Shown: one piece after another, positions 53,426-62,356 of the stretch | Layout: each line of letters begins with the position of its first letter | Position numbering within the stretch: the stretch's first letter is position 1 | Assembly (NCBI GenBank): GCA_964599325.1 | Contig: CAZREM010000001.1 | Location: 43,587 to 107,586, forward strand | Direction: 5' to 3' | DNA from: an uncultured Verrucomicrobiales bacterium | GTDB lineage: Bacteria; Verrucomicrobiota; Verrucomicrobiia; Verrucomicrobiales; Akkermansiaceae | DNA length: 64,000 nucleotides | The notes under the pieces: model-generated | Database searches by the model: none | Told to the model about the DNA's origin: nothing | The model's input: only the letters and a program-made list of their open reading frames with translations | Made by a program: the position numbers and the translations under genes

Positions 53426-54886
53426 TTAAGCCATGATTCCTTTGATCACCTTAGCGGGCAAAACACCGGTGAGACGATTGTCCAGCCCTTGGTATTTGAA
53501 GGATAAACGGTGGTGATCGATTCCAAGCAAATCGAGCAGCGTCGCATGCAAGTCACGCACGTGCATGGGGTTCTCGGTGATATTGAAGGACATTTCATCC
53601 GTCTCACCGAAAGTGATGCCCGGCTTGATCCCACCTCCGGCCATCCAGATGGTGAACGCGCGCGGATGATGGTCACGGCCGTAATCTGTAGCCGTAAGAT
53701 TGCCCTGCGAATAAGTGGTGCGGCCAAATTCACCACCCCAAATCACCAGGGTGTCCTCCAACATTCCTCGCTGCTTCAGATCCTGAATCAAACCATAACA
53801 GCCATGATCCACGTCCTTGCACTGCGATGTGATGTCACGCGGCAAGTTCGCATGCTGATCCCATCCGCGATGAAAAACTTGCACAAAACGCACACCACGT
53901 TCCAGCAATCTCCGCGCCATGATCGCCGAGTTTGCAAAGGTTCCACGATTTTTGGAGTCCTCACCGTAAAGTTGATAGGTCGCCTCCGACTCTTCCGATA
54001 AATCCGCGAGTTCTGGAACGCTAGCTTGCATGCGATAAGCCATTTCATATTGCTGAATCCGTGTTTGAATTTCCGGATCTCCCACTGCCTCGTAAGACTG
54101 CTGATTCATCATGGCGAGACCATCAAGCATCTTGCGTCTTAGTTCACGCGGCACCCCCGGAGCGTCTTTGAGAAACAACACCGGATCCCCCTTGGAACGC
54201 AGCGCCACTCCCGCATACTTACCTGGCAAAAACGCCGAGCCCCACAAGCGGGATGAAATCGCTTGGACGTTAGAGAGCGGACTGGAATGCGTGGCGTGCA
54301 AGACCACAAATGTCGGCAAATCATGATTCATTGACCCCAACCCATACGCCAGCCAAGAGCCCAAGGACGCCTTACCACTGACCATGTTGCCGGTATACAT
54401 GAGCTGATTGGCTGGTTCGTGATTGATGGCATCGGTGTGCATTGACTTGATCACGCAGATGTCGTCCACCATTTTTGCCGTCCATGGCAATAACTCCGAT
54501 ACCCACGTGCCAGCCTGTCCGTGTTGAGCAAATTTGAATAAGCTCGGCGCAATCGGAAACTTGGCCTGGCCCGCGGTCATGCCAGTCAGACGCTGACCCG
54601 AGGCGACCAAAAAATCCTTCATGTCAGTGCTAAACTTATCCTTCAGTCCGGGCTTGTAATCGAACAAGTCGATCTGCGAAGGCGCGCCAATCATTGAAAG
54701 ATAGATCGCGCGCTTCGCCTTTGGAGCAATGTGCGCCAATGGCGCGGGAAGCTCAGTTGAATTTCCTGCCATCGCCTCATTTCCCAATAACGTGGCCAAG
54801 GCCGCATACCCGAGTCCAGTGGCGTTTTTTCTGAAAAAATGTCGCCGTGTCAACGATGCGTTAAATCGATCTAAATCTGTGTTCAT
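53426..54886 (-). CDS. DUF1501 domain-containing (sulfatase-fold) protein with a Tat signal
   Basis: Twin-arginine leader LTRRHFFRKNATGLGYAALATLLG, 486 aa. It is paired downstream of a PSD1/DUF1553 gene, as is typical in Planctomycetota and Verrucomicrobiota. Confidence 0.8.
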   Translation of the reverse strand: MNTDLDRFNASLTRRHFFRKNATGLGYAALATLLGNEAMAGNSTELPAPLAHIAPKAKRAIYLSMIGAPSQIDLFDYKPGLKDKFSTDMKDFLVASGQRLTGMTAGQAKFPIAPSLFKFAQHGQAGTWVSELLPWTAKMVDDICVIKSMHTDAINHEPANQLMYTGNMVSGKASLGSWLAYGLGSMNHDLPTFVVLHATHSSPLSNVQAISSRLWGSAFLPGKYAGVALRSKGDPVLFLKDAPGVPRELRRKMLDGLAMMNQQSYEAVGDPEIQTRIQQYEMAYRMQASVPELADLSEESEATYQLYGEDSKNRGTFANSAIMARRLLERGVRFVQVFHRGWDQHANLPRDITSQCKDVDHGCYGLIQDLKQRGMLEDTLVIWGGEFGRTTYSQGNLTATDYGRDHHPRAFTIWMAGGGIKPGITFGETDEMSFNITENPMHVRDLHATLLDLLGIDHHRLSFKYQGLDNRLTGVLPAKVIKGIMA

Positions 54887-54920
54887 GTCTCTGATTGCAG
54901 GGGTTGTTACGATTCACCAA

Positions 54921-57900
54921 TCATTTGGTTAAGGCCTCATCCGTGTTGATCACTTGACTTGCCACTAGCGTCCAAGCCGCCAGTGTTCCAGGTGCAAGTT
55001 GAGCGTCTGCGGCCTTTTCGCCGACACCAATCAGCTGTTTGGCCTCAGTCTCGTGCTCAGCGTAATAACTCAGCGCGGAGCGCAACGTGTTTTTCAAAGC
55101 TGAATGATCCTGAACCGAAAGATCACGACCTAACACACGCTGCGCTAACCAATTTAATGCCACATCCTCATCCGGATTTTTCTGCAAAGCAAGCTGCGCC
55201 AGATGACGTGACGCCTCGACAAACTGCGGGTCATTGAGTGTCACAAATGCTTGCAGCGGCGTATTGGTGCGCTCGCGGCGAACACAAAATGACTCGCGGG
55301 AGGGAGCGTTCAAGATCTCCATCGATGGCGGCGGTGCCGTGCGTTTCCATAAAGTATACATGGAGCGGCGGTAGAGCGACTCTCCGCTGTCCTGCTTGTA
55401 GAAACGCGTGTCCGATTGCGACATCGCCACAGCCTCCCATATGCCCTCTGGCTGATAAGGTTTCACCGACGGGCCTCCCAACTTGGTCGATAACAGCCCC
55501 GAAGCAAATAGCACACCATCTCGCAACGACTCCGCCTCCAAGCGCAGGCGTGGAGCGCGAGCCAACAAGCGATTGAGAGGGTCTTTTTCCAGTTTCTCTG
55601 CTGAAATCACGGCTGATTGACGATAAACCGAAGATGTCACCATCATTTTTGCCATGTGGCGGTAATCCCATTTTGCATTCATGAACTCGACAGCCAACCA
55701 ATCCAACAAAGCGGGATGTGTGGGGCGTGCGCCCATGATGCCAAAATCCTCAACCGTCTCCACGATGCCAGTCCCGAAAATATAATTCCAAAGCCGATTC
55801 ATGGTAACCCGCGCAGTCAAAGGATTGCGTCGGTCCACCAACCAGCGACCCAGGCCTAATCGGTTTTGTGGCATGTCTGCCGTCATGGGCTGCAACACCT
55901 TCGGCACGTTGGCTTCCACCTGCTCGGCTTTCGCGGTGTAATCACCACGCGTCAACACATGCGCGATCGGTTTGGAATTGGGTTTTTCCTGCATCACCAG
56001 GGTGTTAGAGCCCCGCGCCATGATCTGCTCACGCTTTGTTTGTATTTTCTTTTGGCTAGCTCGAATGTCCTTGATCTCGGGATCGATGTTTTCAAGGTAA
56101 TAAGCATACAAGCGCGCATCTTGCTCCTTCGTGCGCTCGGCCTTGGCCGAGAACGCCAGGGTGTTGGTCGCACCTGTCTGTGCCAGCAGCAACACCTCTG
56201 CTTCACCTAATGCACGGCGATAAAACCTGACATCGCGAATCGCGATATCCGCGTTCAAGGCTGAATCCCCTGCCTTGCCGGGATGACGACGCCCCAAGCG
56301 CAGCGGCACATTGTTATGAATCGTCGCGCCCACGTCACGATCACCCGCATCAGTCTCGAGCAGCTTTCCATCCAAATACAGCGAAAGGGCTTTGCTGGCT
56401 TTTTGGTCACCCTGCCAAGTCACAAAAACATGGTGCCAACCTGGACTCAAGCGCTCTTTGGCTGTGACTTTTAATGCATTATCCTGCCACTGATCGATGA
56501 CATGAGCTGCCAACTTGCCACCATCGAGATACAAATCCCATCCGCGATACTTATCGTCAACGTTCATGCGAGCCATCACTGCGCCTGTTGTCTCGCCCTT
56601 GACTTCGATCATCGCGCCATACGAAAACGAATCGCCGCGGCGCACATTGCCAACATCGCCCACCACTAATTCCTTGCCTTTGCCGATGATGACCGCGCTT
56701 TTATCTGACCCGCTAGCGCGTGCCAACTGATTATCAATGCTTAGTTTTTTGCCGGGCAGCGACGCAACAACAGCACCAGATTTTTCTGTCAACGGCAAAT
56801 GCAACTCCATCGAGGGATCCAACGATCCACTTGGCATGGAGCTTAGCTGATTTAACCAAGCTTGATATGCAGACTGCGCGCTCGTGTTTTTGGCTTTTAG
56901 CGCCGCATCTAACAATGACATTTGCTGATCAAGCTCCTTCAACGCAACGCGATCCTCCGCAGGCGGCACGAACACCACCGGCGGGTGATCCTTGTTGTTG
57001 CGATCGAGTGGCGTCATCGTGGTGTTACGAAAAAATGCCGTTAACTGATAAAACTCTTTTGTGCTGATGGGATCAAATTTGTGATCATGACAAGCGGCGC
57101 AACCTGTCGTCAAACCCAGCCACACTGCCGATGTGGTATCCACACGGTCTTTTGCATAAATCGCATCGTATTCCTCGGGAATCGCACCACCCTCCCCAGT
57201 TGTGGGCAAGCAACGATTAAAACCAGTGGCAACTTGCTGATCCAACCCAGCATTCGGCAGGAGATCGCCCCCAATTTGCTCGATGGTGAACTGATCCCAT
57301 GGCATGTTTTGTTTGAACGCTTGAATGACCCAATCACGATAAGGCCAAATTGATCGATAGTTATCGATGTGAATGCCGTGGGTGTCCGCATATCTCGCCG
57401 CATCCAGCCATTGACGCGCAAAATGTTCAGCCGAAGCAGTGGAGGCAAGCAATCGCTCAGCCGCCTGATCAACAGCGCGGTCCGCGTCCATTGCGTAGTC
57501 TTTCTCAAAGGCGTCCAACTCCGACACCTGTGGTGGAAGACCAGTGAGATCATAGCTCATGCGACGCAGGAGACGACGCGGGTTTTCCGTTGGATTCGGT
57601 GACAGCCCAGCCGCGTCAATTTTCTCCCGCACAAACGCATCGATCGGATTCTTCACCCATTTCTGATCCTTCACCAACGGAATGGGTGGCTGCACAGGCG
57701 CGATGAAGGCCCAATGTTCCTCATATTTGCCGCCCTGTTGAATCCACTTTTCCAGCAGAGCAAGCTGATCGGGCTTGATCTCCTTATGAACACTTGGAGG
57801 TGGCATTACATCATCAGGATCAGTGGTTTTAATGCGCTTGATGATCTCTGAGCCAGCTGGATTTCCTGGATCGATCATTTTCTTGCCATCCTCCCGTTTT

Positions 57901-58130
57901 GCAAAAGCGTATTCTGCACGATCCAAGCGCAGGGGCTCTGATTTCGGTTCACGCGTGCCAGAGTCCGGACCATGACAATGATAACAAGCCTCGGATAAAA
58001 TCGGCTGAATGTGCTGATTAAATGTGACCTGATCAGGAACCGCAGGTGCCGCGTTCAACACGGAAACGACCAACGAACTCGGGATCAAACGCCATGACAG
58101 CCACATTGGGTTTTGTTTCATCATTCGCAT
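54921..58130 (-). CDS. PSCyt1 / PSCyt2 (DUF1549) / LamG / PSD1 (DUF1553) multidomain protein
   Basis: Heme-binding CYHCHGPD near the N-terminus. DUF1549-like NPIDAFVREKIDAAGLSP...RRMSYDLTGLPP. A LamG-like insert (HHVFVTWQGDQKASKALSLYLDGKL). PSD1 motif NRLWNYIFGTGIVETVEDFGIMGARPTHPALLDWLA. Start trimmed to Met at 58130, because the listed ORF overlaps the DUF2721 gene. Confidence 0.85.
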   Translation of the reverse strand: MRMMKQNPMWLSWRLIPSSLVVSVLNAAPAVPDQVTFNQHIQPILSEACYHCHGPDSGTREPKSEPLRLDRAEYAFAKREDGKKMIDPGNPAGSEIIKRIKTTDPDDVMPPPSVHKEIKPDQLALLEKWIQQGGKYEEHWAFIAPVQPPIPLVKDQKWVKNPIDAFVREKIDAAGLSPNPTENPRRLLRRMSYDLTGLPPQVSELDAFEKDYAMDADRAVDQAAERLLASTASAEHFARQWLDAARYADTHGIHIDNYRSIWPYRDWVIQAFKQNMPWDQFTIEQIGGDLLPNAGLDQQVATGFNRCLPTTGEGGAIPEEYDAIYAKDRVDTTSAVWLGLTTGCAACHDHKFDPISTKEFYQLTAFFRNTTMTPLDRNNKDHPPVVFVPPAEDRVALKELDQQMSLLDAALKAKNTSAQSAYQAWLNQLSSMPSGSLDPSMELHLPLTEKSGAVVASLPGKKLSIDNQLARASGSDKSAVIIGKGKELVVGDVGNVRRGDSFSYGAMIEVKGETTGAVMARMNVDDKYRGWDLYLDGGKLAAHVIDQWQDNALKVTAKERLSPGWHHVFVTWQGDQKASKALSLYLDGKLLETDAGDRDVGATIHNNVPLRLGRRHPGKAGDSALNADIAIRDVRFYRRALGEAEVLLLAQTGATNTLAFSAKAERTKEQDARLYAYYLENIDPEIKDIRASQKKIQTKREQIMARGSNTLVMQEKPNSKPIAHVLTRGDYTAKAEQVEANVPKVLQPMTADMPQNRLGLGRWLVDRRNPLTARVTMNRLWNYIFGTGIVETVEDFGIMGARPTHPALLDWLAVEFMNAKWDYRHMAKMMVTSSVYRQSAVISAEKLEKDPLNRLLARAPRLRLEAESLRDGVLFASGLLSTKLGGPSVKPYQPEGIWEAVAMSQSDTRFYKQDSGESLYRRSMYTLWKRTAPPPSMEILNAPSRESFCVRRERTNTPLQAFVTLNDPQFVEASRHLAQLALQKNPDEDVALNWLAQRVLGRDLSVQDHSALKNTLRSALSYYAEHETEAKQLIGVGEKAADAQLAPGTLAAWTLVASQVINTDEALTK

Positions 58131-58228
58131 TTTATAAATTGATTTCACGAAGAACGCTAACACATACGACGCATCACTGCACAAACTTACGTGATCTAGC
58201 GAAAAAAACACCTCAGCCCGCGCTGACT

Positions 58229-58633
58229 TCATCCATGAGGTGGACCGGACATCTGATGCAGAAATATATCCAGAGCGCGACCCGAGATCATGATCTCCCA
58301 CAGTCCCAGCGCAAGTGAAACAACCATCAACACCACACTGAGCGCGAAGACCGGCAACGCGATCTGAGCCATGTGCGCCAACAGCAGTAGCAACACACTC
58401 AAGCATCCAATCAGACACATCACCCCACAGGCTTGGCACCAGCGGATCAACTGAATGCGCAAACGCAAATTCGCAACTTGAGCCCGCAATGACGGATCTT
58501 TGCCATCTAGCCAATCCGCATGCAACCGGCGCACCAATGCAGATAAATGCAGGAATCGATTAGTGTATGCGAGGAACAACAGTGAACTCGCAGGAAAAAG
58601 CAGCGTTGGCGTTGCAAGGTCAAGTTGCATCAT
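58229..58633 (-). CDS. DUF2721-like membrane protein
   Basis: 134 aa. N-terminal LLFPASSLLFLAYTNRF followed by a helical region and two TM helices, matching the DUF2721 pattern. Confidence 0.65.
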   Translation of the reverse strand: MMQLDLATPTLLFPASSLLFLAYTNRFLHLSALVRRLHADWLDGKDPSLRAQVANLRLRIQLIRWCQACGVMCLIGCLSVLLLLLAHMAQIALPVFALSVVLMVVSLALGLWEIMISGRALDIFLHQMSGPPHG

Positions 58634-58637
58634 GATG

Positions 58638-59573
58638 TCAGATTGCCGCTGATTCTATTTTGCGGCGACGCCATGTCAAACCGCCAATCGAAACAAGCAA
58701 CATCGCCGCGCATTCGGGTTCCGGCACTCCCGAGATGCTGATGATTTGATCGCTGTAATAGGACAGATCATTGATCAGCGTGTATTGACCAAAAATGGCG
58801 TTGTAAGAGCCAAGTGGTTGATTCTCATAAGTAATCACGCCCTCGATCACACCGGATAAAGCCCATCCACCATTTTCCCACACCAACACCGCACCGCCTG
58901 AATCCCCGCTCACAGCCTGCGCCTCAAACTGATTGGGAACATTGTCAAACAACGTCGCATAAACAATCGCGTGGGTGGTCGCGTCCACCAACTGCGCAAT
59001 GTTGCGCACCTGCACATCATTCATCCCCCAAGCGGTGTTTTGACTATTCACCGTGCCGTAGCCGCTGAGTTCATAAGAATTGGCCGATGCCGTGCTCCAG
59101 ACATCATCGCTCGGTCCCGGACCTTCCGCCACGTTCCAGTATGACGGCGAGCTGGCCTGATTCCGACCCGCTGCGACAAACATCACATCGGTTCCAACCG
59201 TCGCCGCACTGCTGGCGATGTTCATCACTGGCAAGTTAGGATCTTCGGCTAACTGAAACAAAACCAAGTCACAATAAGTCGATAACCCATACCCGCTAGG
59301 GTTTTGCAGGCGCTGCCATGAACCAGACTGAGTCGAGCGGCCATTACCGCCAACATAAACCGTGCTCGGCAGGGAAGGCGCCACATGATTGGCGGTCAAC
59401 ACCCATCGATTGCCCAAGTAAACGCCACATGAGCCGGCAATGCGGACGACGTTCCCAAAGTAAGGCATGTTATCCGGTGCCAGTTGCTGATTGGTGTCGG
59501 TGTGAATCACCACCGCCATCGCTTGCTGCATCATCATTGCAGCGGCACCTATCGTCAAACGTCGCCAATTCAT
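58638..59573 (-). CDS. Trypsin-like serine protease with a PEP-CTERM sorting signal
   Basis: Signal peptide. His context LTANHV, Asp context CDLVLFQL, Ser context SGDSGGAVL. C-terminal VPEPECAAMLLVSIGGLTWRRRK (PEP motif, TM, basic tail). Start trimmed to Met at 59573. Confidence 0.82.
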   Translation of the reverse strand: MNWRRLTIGAAAMMMQQAMAVVIHTDTNQQLAPDNMPYFGNVVRIAGSCGVYLGNRWVLTANHVAPSLPSTVYVGGNGRSTQSGSWQRLQNPSGYGLSTYCDLVLFQLAEDPNLPVMNIASSAATVGTDVMFVAAGRNQASSPSYWNVAEGPGPSDDVWSTASANSYELSGYGTVNSQNTAWGMNDVQVRNIAQLVDATTHAIVYATLFDNVPNQFEAQAVSGDSGGAVLVWENGGWALSGVIEGVITYENQPLGSYNAIFGQYTLINDLSYYSDQIISISGVPEPECAAMLLVSIGGLTWRRRKIESAAI

Positions 59574-59621
59574 GTTTAACAAATAAACGAACACCTTAGC
59601 ATTAGTCAAGCCCAACGCAGA

Positions 59622-60473
59622 TCAAGAATGACCTCCGATCGTGCCATGCCAAGCCCACATCGTGGGATCCAATCGCTCGCGACACAGCGCAATGAGATCT
59701 TGTGCCGAACGATTTGGCTCCAAGATAGCAAACACAGCGGAACCGGAACCCGTCATCATTGCCACTTGCACCTCGGGGCGCGCCACTAACCAAGACTTCA
59801 ATTCAGCGAGAAAACAAAACTTGCGGAACACAGGTTTTTCCAAGTCGTTGTAAAACTCCACATTGCCAGCCTGTTGCGCCGCATATGACACTCCCGGTAA
59901 CTCAGTCGCATCCGCCCATCGCCGATAAGCATCAGCAGTGGCGACCGCAAAATGAGGCTTAAAAATCACCACGCTCATTCCAGCCAGCTCAGGCATGGGA
60001 CTGAGTAACTCGCCTCGCCCGCGACAGAGCATCGTTTCTGTTCCCAGAAAAAACGGCACATCACTGCCGATTTTGGATGCGATTTCCACTAACTCGTCAT
60101 GGCTCAAGGGGTGATCATACCACTGATTCCACGCAAGCAACGTCGCGGCCGCGTCACTGCTGCCACCCCCCATGCCCGCGCCTTGCGGAATGTGCTTATC
60201 GAGAGTGATGGCCGCATCGCAGGCTTTGCCCGATTTCTCTGCAAACAACAATGTGGCCTGCACCACTAAGTTTTTTTCATCCTTTGGCACCCCAAAAGCC
60301 CGACAATCAAAAGTAAATGCCTCAGCCTCGCGAAACGTCAGCACGTCACACAAATCTGGCACGCGTGTCATCACCGTTTCTAACTCATGATAGCCATCCT
60401 CACGTTTGCCCAATATCCGAAGCGATAGATTGATCTTCGCCGGAGCTCTTACCACCAATGTTTTCTCACTCAT
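59622..60473 (-). CDS. ispE: 4-diphosphocytidyl-2-C-methyl-D-erythritol kinase
   Basis: PAKINLSLRILGKREDGYHEL and the GHMP kinase motif IPQGAGMGGGSSDAAA. Confidence 0.92.
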   Translation of the reverse strand: MSEKTLVVRAPAKINLSLRILGKREDGYHELETVMTRVPDLCDVLTFREAEAFTFDCRAFGVPKDEKNLVVQATLLFAEKSGKACDAAITLDKHIPQGAGMGGGSSDAAATLLAWNQWYDHPLSHDELVEIASKIGSDVPFFLGTETMLCRGRGELLSPMPELAGMSVVIFKPHFAVATADAYRRWADATELPGVSYAAQQAGNVEFYNDLEKPVFRKFCFLAELKSWLVARPEVQVAMMTGSGSAVFAILEPNRSAQDLIALCRERLDPTMWAWHGTIGGHS

Positions 60474-61143
60474 GCCCTTTGTTGATTGCGATCATAGCCA
60501 TCATGCGACCTGTTCGTCCACTCTCTTTACGATAACTATAATGCAAAGACAAGTCTGAGGCGGTGCAGATACCACAATCATCAAACAAGCGCACCCCCGC
60601 TTGACGGGCTTGCTGGCCGATCGCCGCCGCAAAATCCACCTCATAATGCGGCGGACGAATGCATGGCCCCAGCACCACGATCAAATCCGCTGGATCACTG
60701 CAATAAAGCCGCTGCATGGTTTCGATCCCACGCGTCACCATGCCCAATTCCGTGCCTTTTTTCCCTGAGTGCAACAATCCAATCGCTCGCTGCTGGGGAT
60801 CAACCAGCCAAACAGGTCCACAATCGGCGACGTAAATCACCAGTAATTGTCCCGCAACATTCGTTACCAAGCCATCAACGCCCTCCACCGCAGGCAGACC
60901 ATCTTCCATCACGCGACAAATGGCATGCGGCACCTCCGCGATTTCTGCGCCATGAACCTGCTCAGCTCGCCACCAATTGGCGTTTGTGAATCCAGCCGCA
61001 TTCACCCGCTGCTCATGGTAAGGTCGTAATCTCTGCATGGCTTCACCGCGATCCACCGCGACATCGAGATTCGGCTCGCGACCCACCCAGTCCACCATCA
61101 GCCAGGACAAGCCTTGCAACATTTCCCAGCCACGCCCGTTCAT
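60466..61143 (-). CDS. pgeF: Peptidoglycan editing factor / YfiH (laccase-domain, DUF152) protein
   Basis: QVHG, DGLVT, ADCGPV and HSGKKG motifs in order. It overlaps ispE by 8 nt. Confidence 0.85.
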   Translation of the reverse strand: MNGRGWEMLQGLSWLMVDWVGREPNLDVAVDRGEAMQRLRPYHEQRVNAAGFTNANWWRAEQVHGAEIAEVPHAICRVMEDGLPAVEGVDGLVTNVAGQLLVIYVADCGPVWLVDPQQRAIGLLHSGKKGTELGMVTRGIETMQRLYCSDPADLIVVLGPCIRPPHYEVDFAAAIGQQARQAGVRLFDDCGICTASDLSLHYSYRKESGRTGRMMAMIAINKGHE

Positions 61144-61170
61144 GATGCGACTACCAAAACAATGGATTTC

Positions 61171-61626
61171 TCAAGGCATTTTCGCCATGAAACGGCGTGT
61201 TGCCTCTACCGTCTCCGTCTCCTCCTGATCCATCTGAGTCAACATTTGCGCCAAATCCGCCGCAATCTCACCCCGCATGCGCGAGACCAATTCAATGCCT
61301 TTTTGTGTGATGCGCACCATGATCTTGCGCCGATCCTCCGCCGCATGCACGCGCTCGACGTATGCCAGCTTCTCTAATCGATCCACCAAACCAGTCGCCG
61401 CCGCCGTGGAGTGTCCCATTTTCTTGGCGATGTCAGACATCGTCAAATATTCCTCACTGGATAGATACGCCATCAAGAAAAATTGTGGAAAGGACACATT
61501 GCCTTTGTTCAATTCCCCTGACAAATTTAAAATGCAATGACGTTGCGTGAACAGGACAAAGTCCGCCACACGATCTGCCTCTGCCATTAAAGCCTTCGTG
61601 TTCGTCTGTGTGATGGTCGCATTCAT
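61171..61626 (-). CDS. MarR-family transcriptional regulator
   Basis: 151 aa. Winged-helix region LTMSDIAKKMGHSTAAATGLVDRLEKLAYVERVHAAEDRRKIMVRITQKG. Confidence 0.85.
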   Translation of the reverse strand: MNATITQTNTKALMAEADRVADFVLFTQRHCILNLSGELNKGNVSFPQFFLMAYLSSEEYLTMSDIAKKMGHSTAAATGLVDRLEKLAYVERVHAAEDRRKIMVRITQKGIELVSRMRGEIAADLAQMLTQMDQEETETVEATRRFMAKMP

Positions 61627-61880
61627 GATTCAATGGTGCGCTGATACCTAGTTGGTGTTCAGCAAATTCAAAAAAACAAGAAACATTGAAGATAATCAAG
61701 TCCAAATATTAAAAAAAGCTTACCATCAAGCTGTGTCACGGCGTTTTTCGGCCTAACCAAGCCAGGTTTTTCAAAAATTTCCATTCGCTCATTCGCCAGT
61801 TGACTCCCGTTCTCCAATGCTGCCATGTCCACCAATCGCGCTATGATGTTCACTAATGTCAATTGGATGCAAAAAGGTGA

Positions 61881-62111
61881 TCGCGTAGCCAGGATTCCTG
61901 GCAGCACATGCGCGGCGGGACGATGGCGGTTGGCGATTTGTGGTTCAGTGTGCCATGGAGCGAAACCCTCAATGGCCTCGATTGGGCAAGCGGCGATGAA
62001 GTCGAGGAAATCCTCAGCGACAACGGCACCCAACAAACGGTGAAGGCAATCATCCCAATGGGGACCGCAGGCAAAAGATTCGTCCGCTTAGAGGTTCATT
62101 CGTTTTACTGA
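61881..62111 (+). pseudogene. Possible remnant of the C-terminal beta-sandwich domain of a larger secreted protein
   Basis: The open frame ends ...DLWFSVPWSETLNGLDWASGDEVEEILSDNGTQQTVKAIIPMGTAGKRFVRLEVHSFY. The pattern S..L..W ... G ... (R/K)F(V/Y)RL.V is a recurrent C-terminal module in PVC proteins. There is no signal peptide, the adjoining upstream sequence continues in another frame, and the fragment sits in a 730-bp gene-poor gap. Confidence 0.25.
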
Positions 62112-62356
62112 ACAGCTTAAGATGCGGCGGATCTCGGCTCTCCAGCGCAGCAGCACCTCCGCTCACGTCGAATCACATTAGCTTCGATAAACTCAGTGCG
62201 ATGTTTCTCGAATCGTCGCTATTTGCTGTCACTAACGGGACACACGTCACCAGATCCAGTTTCCAACTGGTGTCGTTCTCCTTGTCGTGATGCGGGACAT
62301 CGCAACGTGGATTTTTTTGCATTGAACTTGCATTCCCACGTCTTAGTTTCCCTGGT

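Noticed and set aside
58131-58514. A 128-codon N-terminal extension of the PSD1 ORF overlapping the DUF2721 gene.
   Set aside because: The extension lacks any signal peptide or domain and overlaps a better-supported gene (DUF2721 pattern) in another frame. The Met cluster at 58130/58124/58121 is followed by a proper signal sequence.
61668-62036. 122-aa minus-strand ORF, and the 72-aa plus-strand ORF at 61825-62043, in the marR-mfd gap.
   Set aside because: They overlap each other on opposite strands and have no motifs, signal peptides or plausible ribosome-binding context. The region is better explained as decayed or non-coding sequence.
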